From the NCBI GenBank assembly GCA_964016885.1, contig OZ024764.1, forward strand, positions 24,862,001-24,926,000: a stretch of DNA of 64,000 nucleotides, read 5' to 3'. Positions 54,755 through 64,000 of the stretch are shown piece after piece. The DNA is from Eledone cirrhosa. Taxonomy: Eukaryota. Numbering within the stretch: the first letter of the stretch is position 1; the number at the start of each line of letters is the position of its first letter. The translations under genes and the position numbers were made by a program. Below the pieces are notes generated by a model, which was not told the DNA's origin, made no database searches, and saw nothing but the letters and a program-made list of their open reading frames with translations.

Positions 54755-54896
54755 AGCGCAGGTGTATACATACGTGTATGTGTGGGTACGTATCTGTATG
54801 CATATATATATGTGTATGTGTATGCGTATGTGTATGCGTGTGTGTCTATACGTATGTGTATGTATGTGTGTATATGTGCACGTCTACATATAGGTA

Positions 54897-55277
54897 TGTA
54901 GCGGTTGTCTCCCTTGTTTGGATTAACGTCTGGACGGGAAGTGGGGCCCTTTCTGTAACTTCCGGTCAGAGCCCTATAAAACTAACAACTTTAAGCTCCC
55001 TTTCTCTCATTTCCTTTTCGGCACCAGGCCAAGAGCCTCTCATTTGGCCTTCCTGGCGCCTGGCTGGCCTTAGCCAGGCGTCCTCTGCCAGCCGCGTTTG
55101 CCTGGCAATCAAAACGGTAACTACTAACTTTGCTTCATTCTACCATCCTCATCTTTGACATGTCAACTATACTATCTACCATTGTTAATTAAATATTATA
55201 CACACAAACAATGTATTCCTTGTTACATTCATACAACCCAGTATTCTCGCCATAGGTATATGGGCGAATCTGACCAT
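54897..55277 (+). mobile_element. Possible solo LTR
   Basis: TG...CA ends, TATAAAA at about 54975, ATTAAA at about 55188, GC-richer island inside a microsatellite; no clear TSD. Confidence 0.35.
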
Positions 55278-55309
55278 ATATGTGGGTGGGCTCATGTGCG
55301 TGCATGTAT

Positions 55310-55390
55310 GTGTATATGTGCGTGTATATATGTGTGTTGTATGTACACGAGTGTGTGTGTGTATATCTATGTATATATGTATATATGTAT

Positions 55391-55440
<50 letters not shown>

Positions 55441-55500
55441 GTGTGTGTATATGTGCGAGAATATACGTGTGTGTGTGTATATCTATGTATATATGTATAT

Positions 55501-55551
<51 letters not shown>

Positions 55552-55608
55552 TATGTGTATATATGTGCGAGAATATACGTGTGTGTGTGTATATCTATGT
55601 ATATATGT

Positions 55609-55640
<32 letters not shown>

Positions 55641-55714
55641 GTGTGTGTATATATATATGTGTGTATATATGTGCGAGAATATACGTGTGTGTGTATATCT
55701 ATGTATATATGTAT

Positions 55715-55764
<50 letters not shown>

Positions 55765-55834
55765 GTGTGTGTATATATGTGCGAGAATATACGTGTGTGT
55801 GTATATCTATGTATATATGTATATATGTATATAT

Positions 55835-55866
<32 letters not shown>

Positions 55867-56767
55867 GTGTGTGTATATATATATGTGTGTATATATGTGC
55901 GAGAATATACGTGTGTGTGTGTATATCTATGTATATATGTATATATGTATATATATATATATATGTATGTATATATATATGTATGTGTGTGTGTATATAT
56001 ATATGTGTGTATATATGTGCGAGAATATACGTGTGTGTGTGTATATCTATGTATATATGTATATATGTATGTATATATGTATATATGTATATATCTATGT
56101 ATATATGTATATATGTATTTATGTCAGGTCACCAGTTGGTGCTACTGGTAACATGTATCCCAGTACAACCTGTCTCATGGTCGGGTCGTTGGCGACTAAA
56201 CTGGCAACCCCACCAAGGTTTCTTGGTGAGGAGGGTGACTTTGGACATCCTGCAGGACTAAAAACAAAACCTGTCAAAGGGCAAAGGAGCTCTTAAGAGT
56301 CAATGGCCATCCAAAATCACCGGGAGAGATGACCCCTTTAGCCTTAGTCAAGGCAGAATTCTAGGAGAAGGAAAACTCTGATATAACACCTGCAACCCTG
56401 ATGGTATCCAATGATGTTGACTTGTTCTTCTTTTTGGTAAATAGCATCTTGGTTAAGAGAGTGGGACTGGCTTTGTGCAGTGCCTTTGCTCACTATAAAA
56501 GCTTCACGGCACAGGCATTGCTTTATATCTGGAGATCTCTCTGCACTTGTCCTCACATGGGCCCAGCACTATGTGTCAATAATTGTCCTACCATGGGCCT
56601 AGCACTATGTGTCAATGATTGTCACAGGTGTAGTGTTTGTACCAGAGGTTTCAAGTCGCTGGCTGGACTAAAAAGTCACACTCGTTCAGCGCTTCGGTAG
56701 GGGTTATCCTACATGGATGTAAAGTAGTGGCCGTACTCGAAAACGAGTTGGCAGCCACCATGTATAT

Positions 56768-56799
<32 letters not shown>

Positions 56800-57007
56800 G
56801 TGTGTGTATATATATATGTGTGTATATATGTGCGAGAATATACGTGTGTGTGTGTATATCTATGTATATATGTATATATGTATATATATATATATATGTG
56901 TGTATATATATGTATGTGTGTGTGTGTGTATATATATATGTGTGTATATATGTGCGAGAATATACGTGTGTCTGTGTATATCTATGAATATATGTATATA
57001 TGTATAT

Positions 57008-57039
<32 letters not shown>

Positions 57040-57110
57040 GTGTGTGTATATATATGTGTGTATATATGTGCGAGAATATACGTGTGTGTGTGTATATCTA
57101 TGTATATATG

Positions 57111-57159
<49 letters not shown>

Positions 57160-57343
57160 GTGTGTGTATATATGTGCGAGAATATACGTGTGTGTGTGTA
57201 TATCTATGTATATATGTATATATGTATATATGTATGTATATATATGTATGTGTGTGTGTGTGTGTATATATATGTGTGTGTATATATGTGCGAGAATATA
57301 CGTGTGTGTGTGTATATCTATGTATATATGTATATATGTATAT

Positions 57344-57393
<50 letters not shown>

Positions 57394-57559
57394 GTGTGTG
57401 TATATATGTGCGAGAATATACGTGTGTGTGTGTATATCTATGTATATATGTATATATATATGTATGTATATGTATGTGTATGTGTGTGTGTATATATATA
57501 TGTGTGTATATATGTGCGAGAATATACGTGTGTGTGTGTATATCTATGTATATATGTAT

Positions 57560-57609
<50 letters not shown>

Positions 57610-57629
57610 GTATATATGTATATATGTAT

Positions 57630-57679
<50 letters not shown>

Positions 57680-57742
57680 GTGTGTGTATATATGTGCGAG
57701 AATATACGTGTGTGTGTATATCTATGTATATATGTATATATG

Positions 57743-57785
<43 letters not shown>

Positions 57786-58122
57786 GTGTGTGTATATATA
57801 TATGTGTGTATATATGTGCGAGAATATACGTGTGTGTGTGTATATCTATGTATATATGTATATATGTATATATATATATATATATATGTATGTATATATA
57901 TATGTATGTGTGTGTGTATATATATGTGTGTGTATATATGTGCGAGAATATACGTGTGTGTGTGTATATCTATGTATATATGTATATATATATATATGTA
58001 TGTATATATATTTATGTGTGTGTGTGTATATATATATGTGTGTATATATGTGCGAGAATATACGTGTGTGTGTATATCTATGTATATATGTATATATGTA
58101 TATATGTATGTATATATATGTA

Positions 58123-58153
<31 letters not shown>

Positions 58154-58200
58154 GTGTGTATATATGTGCGAGAATATACGTGTGTGAGTGTGCATGTGTA

Positions 58201-58259
<59 letters not shown>

Positions 58260-58452
58260 GTGTGTGTATATATATATATGTGTGTATATATGTACGAGAA
58301 TATACGTGTGTGTGTGTATATCTATGTATATATGTATATATATATATATATGTATATATATGTATGTGTGTGTGTGTGTGTATATATATGTGTGTGTATA
58401 TATGTGCGAGAATATACGTGTGTGAGTGTGCATGTGTATATATGTATATATG

Positions 58453-58486
<34 letters not shown>

Positions 58487-58500
58487 AGCATGTGTATATA
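55310..58500. repeat. About 115-125 bp compound TA/TG satellite anchored by GCGAGAATATACGTG, interrupted by an RTE-derived bipartite element (56125-56760)
   Basis: The anchor recurs about 20 times; the insert has a 5'UTR-like part matching 39750-39930 and a C2H2-like 3' end. Confidence 0.8.
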
Positions 58501-59488
58501 TTGTATACGTGAGTGTTAGTCCAGGTGCGCTTCTCCATGTGTGTGTGTGTGGGCATGTGTATGTGTACGTGTGTATGTAAAACACCTTCTACATTGCTTG
58601 TCACCTTCCCCCCATCTCCGTCGTTCCCCAACGATACTCACACCACTCCCCACGTTCGTGTCCGCACGCGCACACACACATACATGTGTGTACATATACA
58701 TATGGCCGTGTGGGACCGGGTGTCGATATGTGCGGGCAAGGATGTACGTAGATGACCGACTAGCTATGTATCTGGGTAATGACCTTGACGACGCCACCGA
58801 TACATCCCCCACACCACCATAAACGCCGCTACCATAGACAGCGGCACCAATACCCCCCCCCCCCCCCACACACACACGCCAACCCGTCTACTGATAACCC
58901 ACTAACCTCATACCACAGCCCATCCCACTAAGCAACCATAACCAACACCATATCATGACACCCACCCCCACACATACTCTACACGCCAAGGCCAATCAAC
59001 CACCGCCACACGACGGCCCATCTCATCCCCCGACCCATCGTCACCAACATCTCACCATCACACTCACCCCATATACACTACAGGCCAGTACATCGCCTGA
59101 CCCTTCCCACCAATCAAAACAACTCATTTTGTCAAACGCTTGAATATCTGACTTTATCACATAGCATGTATTTCATTTTCTCATAGCATTTCAGGAAGGT
59201 CCGTCGAGCTGCGGATTATTGAGTCGGGTAAGATCGATATAGATCGAACCTTGAGCTGATCAGTGGCGAAACGCGCGTCACCTATCAATAAATGCAATGA
59301 AGGAATAATCAATCGTCCTTTTTATCCTTTCTATATATATATATATATATAATATAAGATCAAAAGATGGTTAAAGGAGTTCCATGTATTTTATTATGCG
59401 CATTTCATTGTACTACAATAAAACTCACCTCCTACATTATATATATATATATATATATTAAAATTAGAATTGGTGCTCTGAAATAGCT

Positions 59489-60017
59489 ATATATATATGA
59501 ATGTATATATAGTGTATTTTGCAATACACTGTATGCTTAATTAAAAGCATTTCGAAGACCTTATGCTATTGTTTTAGAGTAGTGACAGACTCACTTACTT
59601 TAATTTTTCAGCAAACAGGGGGAGATAAAGCTGACAAGGGCTTGTTTCGTATTTATTGATGCTTATCAAAGCCAACTACTCCTCCTGTTTGCTGAAATCA
59701 TGAATGTTTGGTTCTTATAGAATTCTAGTAAATAATCAGGAACTGATTATACAGAGCGATTGCCGGTCAAGCAGAAATTGAAAATTAGAATTGGTGCTCT
59801 GAAATAGTAATTGGTACTCCGATTTCAGCAAACAGGAGGAGTAGTTGGCTTTGATAAGCATCAATAAATACGAAACAAGCCCTTGTCAGCTTTATCTCCC
59901 CCTGTTTGCTGAAAATTAATGTAAGTGAGTCTGTCACTACTCTAAAACAATAGCATAAGGTCTTCGAAATGCTTTTAATTAAGCATACAGTGTATTGCAA
60001 AATACACTATATATACA

Positions 60018-60022
<5 letters not shown>
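59489..60022. mobile_element. Fold-back element (arms about 59497-59699 and 59821-60022) with variant hammerhead at 59847-59891
   Basis: About 200-bp inverted repeat; GGCT-TTGATAA-GCATCAATAAATAC-GAAA-CAAGCCCTTG-TC-AGCT. Confidence 0.75.
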
Positions 60023-60082
<60 letters not shown>

Positions 60083-60086
<4 letters not shown>

Positions 60087-60642
60087 TTAATATAGATGAG
60101 ATTCTACAGGACTAGAACTGTTTCATTCTTTAGAAATCATCAGGAATCTGGGTATCAAAAAATAAGTATGGTATTTATACAAGTGGTAGGAGAGGGTGGG
60201 GAGTGGGATGGGTGTAGGTCATTGATTGATAGAAAAGGGAATTCATTAAAAGCTAATTCTACAAAGCTATAGTTTATTTTTATTTTTATTTATATTTATT
60301 TTTGTTTTTAGAGTAACAAAGGCAGACAGAACTCTGCCCTTGTTACTCTAAAAACAAAAATAAATATAAATAAAAATAAAAATAAACTATAGCTTTGTAG
60401 AATTAGCTTTTAATGAATTCCCTTTTCTATCAACCAATGACCTACACCCATCCCACTCCCCACCCTCTCCTACCACTTGTATAAATACCATACTTATTTT
60501 TTGATACCCAGATTCCTGATGATTTCTAAAGAATGAAACAGTTCTAGTCCTGTAGAATCTCATCTATATTAAAACTTTTATACTCTGCTATGTATTGAGT
60601 ACCTTACTTACTGTGGTTACCTCCGATTCAACCCGGAATAAC

Positions 60643-60643
<1 letters not shown>
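60083..60643. mobile_element. Fold-back Penelope pLTR element (about 245-bp arms, 6-nt loop); hammerhead at 60510-60560 with mirror copy
   Basis: AGATTC-CTGATGA-TTTCTAAAGAAT-GAAA-CAGTTCTAGTCCTG-TA-GAATCT. Confidence 0.82.
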
Positions 60644-60700
<57 letters not shown>

Positions 60701-60799
60701 ATACTCTTGCAAGCAGGGAAAAGCGGACGGGAAATGATGCTAGCATGGGTTTGACGTAAATAAAGTGAACAACAATAATTAAAATAAGATTAGTCCTAA

Positions 60800-62692
60800 A
60801 TAGACAATAAGTTAAAGGACCCCACAGCCAGTAACAAATTTAAAATCATATTACTTGATGCTTTTGACAGTAAGGAAGAGCAATTAGAGACGTACAATAC
60901 AGAGGTAGAGTGGGAATTCCGGATATTTAACCTGCTGATGGCGATAGATAAAATCTGTGGCTGGAGCAGACCTATAGGCAGGAGGAGAGTAACATGGTGG
61001 TGGAACAGTAAAGTGGAGGAGTCAATCAAAGCCAAAAAGCAAGCTTGGAAAGTATGGCGGGATGGGGGAAGTAGAGACCACTATCAAGTGGCCAGAAGGG
61101 AAGCTATGAGACAAGTGTACCTTGAAAGAAGAGAAGCAGAGGATAGAAAGTTCAAGCATGTTCTACAACAAGAGGACCAAAAACGTTAGGTGTTCAGGAT
61201 TGCTAGGCAATGTGTCAAGGAAAACCGTGATATTGTCGGGGAGAAGTGTGTCTGTAATGATGATGGCGTACTTACCCTCACTGATACTGATAAGAAGGTA
61301 GCTTGGAAGTGTCACTACGAGAGGCTACTAAATGAGGAGAATAAATGGCATAAAGATAGTTTACCCCAAGTTGATACATAGAGGGACCAGCAGTGCAAGT
61401 TAGTCGCACTATATTAAGTAAGGCAATCAAAGATATGAAGACAGGCAAAGCAGCTGGGCCTTCGGAGATAGTTGCTGAAATGCTGAAATCATCTGGAATG
61501 GTGGGACACACTATGGTCACCCAGATAGTAAACCAAGTCATACAGAACCGGGTCATACAAAATGACTGGCGTAGCAGTAACATCATTCACTTCTACAAGG
61601 GTAAAGGAGATGCCCTAGATAGGGGAAACTATAGAGGTATTAAATTAATTGACCAGGTCATGAAGGTCACAGAAATAGTTATAGCGCAACTAATCAGAGA
61701 GCGAATTTAGCTAGATGAAATTCAGTTCGAGTTTGTGTCAGGTAAAAGTATCACAGACGCTCTTTTCATTGTACGACAACTACAGGAGAAGTACCTAGCT
61801 AAAAGTAAACCCCTCTACTTAGCTTTTGTTGACTTGGAGAAATCCTTTGACAGAGTCCCCCTCTCCATTATCTGGTGGGCTCTTAGAAAACTAGGTGTTG
61901 ATGAATGGCTCATGAGAGCTATACAAGCCATGTATAAAGAAACTGTTAGCAAGGTTGGGCCTTGTGTGCAGAGGATCTACGCAGACTGGAGAGGAACGAA
62001 GCTTGCATGCTCCGTTGGATGTGTAATAGTAATATACCTGAACGGCAAAGCATAAATGAACTAAGTGAGAAATTAGGAATAAGAGGGATCAGATGCTGTT
62101 TACTCGAGAGAAGACTACGTTGGTATGGCCACGTGATGCGCTTGAAAGACGACAGCTGCATAAAAAAGTGCAGGGCGATCAAAATTGATGGTAGTTACGG
62201 CGTAGGCAGACCCAGAAAAACCTGGGACGACTTGATAAATTCCAACCTCACACACTTACACCTCTCCAAGACAATGTCACTGGACAGAGATCTTTGGCGC
62301 TACGCAGTAATACAGCAGACCTGCCTTGCCTAAGTACAAAGCGAATCCTACTACAGTCAGTAGGCACCTCTTAACCAAAAGTACACCCCCATCCCACTAC
62401 CCCTACCCACACCCCCATCAACTCCACCCCTTAAAGTTATGTTGGTACGACAACATCCAGTCCTAAATAAATGAGGTCGCGTAGGTGCCACAACAAAAAA
62501 CACACAGTCCACGCTGTAATGTGGCGGTGTAGGTAACGCGGTAAAAACCTCCCAGTCCACACTGTAAACGGGGTTGGTGTTAGGAAGGGCATCCAGCCGT
62601 AGACAACCAAACTTGCCTCAAGTGGGACAATTCCCGTCTAAACCCATGCTAGCGTCGAAGATAGATGTTAAACGTTGATGATGATGATGATG
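60800..62692 (+). mobile_element. Decayed RTE family B copy with internal RT deletion
   Basis: VTWWWN, GKAAGP, NYRGIKL, DLEKSFD; a deletion near 61955 joins directly to WALCAEDLRR; 3' UTR similar to 15004-15409. Confidence 0.87.
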
Positions 62693-62736
62693 TATGTTGT
62701 ATATATATATATATGTATAAATGTATATATATATAT

Positions 62737-62798
<62 letters not shown>

Positions 62799-62816
62799 AA
62801 ATGTATATATATATAT

Positions 62817-62855
<39 letters not shown>

Positions 62856-62856
62856 C

Positions 62857-62940
<84 letters not shown>

Positions 62941-63482
62941 GTAAGTATGCATGTATACGTACATAAATATATGTATACAGACGTACAGTAGCATGCACAT
63001 ATATATATATATATACATATATACATACATATGCATACAGGTACACATACATATATGCACGTATCAGTTTAGCGGCGCTTATTATAACGTCGCTTTGTTC
63101 GTTTGTAAACAAACTGAACAGCCTGAATTTATGCCATATGGTGTTAAGGCAACCACGTCACCTTTTTGTTCAACACTGACACAGGAACGATGTACTAGTT
63201 TCAAGCTTGTTAGCTATCATCAGCACCGTTTACCGATCTGCCAGATAGTTGAACGTTCGAAAGTATATACTTTCCTTATGAAAATTAACGGCTGAGCAGC
63301 CTAATTTGCATATTGAGTGAGTTAAATCGGCCAGGCATACCGAAAACGATAAATTGAAACAAAATGAAAACGAAATTTCATTTCTCACTCTTAGTATGGC
63401 ACTTACTTAAATGTAAGTATGCATGTATACGTACATGCCATACTAAGAGTGAGAAATGAAATTTCGTTTTCATTTTGTTTCA

Positions 63483-63557
<75 letters not shown>

Positions 63558-63713
63558 TATGTATGTATATATATATATGTATATATATATATACATATAT
63601 ATGTGTATGTATATATGTATATATATGTATATATGTGTATGCATATATATATGTATGCATATATATATGTATGTATATATATATATATATCTGTATGTAT
63701 ATACATATATATG

Positions 63714-63804
<91 letters not shown>

Positions 63805-64000
63805 GTATGTATATACATATATATGTATATATATACATATATATATATATGTATATATATACATATATATATATATATATGTATATGTGTGAATGAAGTA
63901 ATTCCGTCGGAAAGGTCCAGGAAAAAAGAGTGCTCTATGAAGGCTACAGAGCTTATTAGTTATGTAATAAACAACATAAGATAATTATTTCATTTACCAG

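Noticed and set aside
56125-56210. Possible HDV-like ribozyme in an RTE 5' UTR (CCAGT...GGTCGTTGGCGACTAAACTGG)
   Set aside because: P2/P4-like parts are visible but P1/P3/L3 could not be assembled by eye.

Overview
AT-rich, repeat-saturated animal genomic DNA. The SINE, RTE and Penelope repertoire and the huge (TA)n tracts suggest a cephalopod (octopus), but that is an inference. Almost every ORF in the track is microsatellite noise or retroelement sequence. The one host gene is invisible in the ORF track: four small + strand exons (7804-7888, 9230-9248, 17428-17480, 23385-23484) splice in frame to selenoprotein K (...SRSPWRLSII...VVLFFKTLIS...ADGRGPPPPPKRRMGRV...PPMGGVGGG-U-G-stop). It has an in-frame UGA, a perfect 12-bp hairpin 7 nt after the UGA, a type II SECIS candidate near 25270-25335 and a poly(A) signal at 25525. 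Exon 1 appears to lie upstream of the window. The rest consists of RTE-clade LINEs, a near full-length Tx1/L1-like LINE, Penelope-like elements (RT + GIY-YIG), tRNA-SINEs, Helitron- and piggyBac-like non-autonomous elements and TE-derived minisatellites. Two window-wide patterns stand out. (1) About 18 loci carry type I hammerhead ribozyme folds in Penelope pLTR remnants, including unusual variants. (2) Many insertions into (TA)n tracts are double-ended, with both ends facing outward into the palindromic TA target, and there are short snap-back inverted copies of the flanks. All folds and alignments were done by eye and need computational confirmation.
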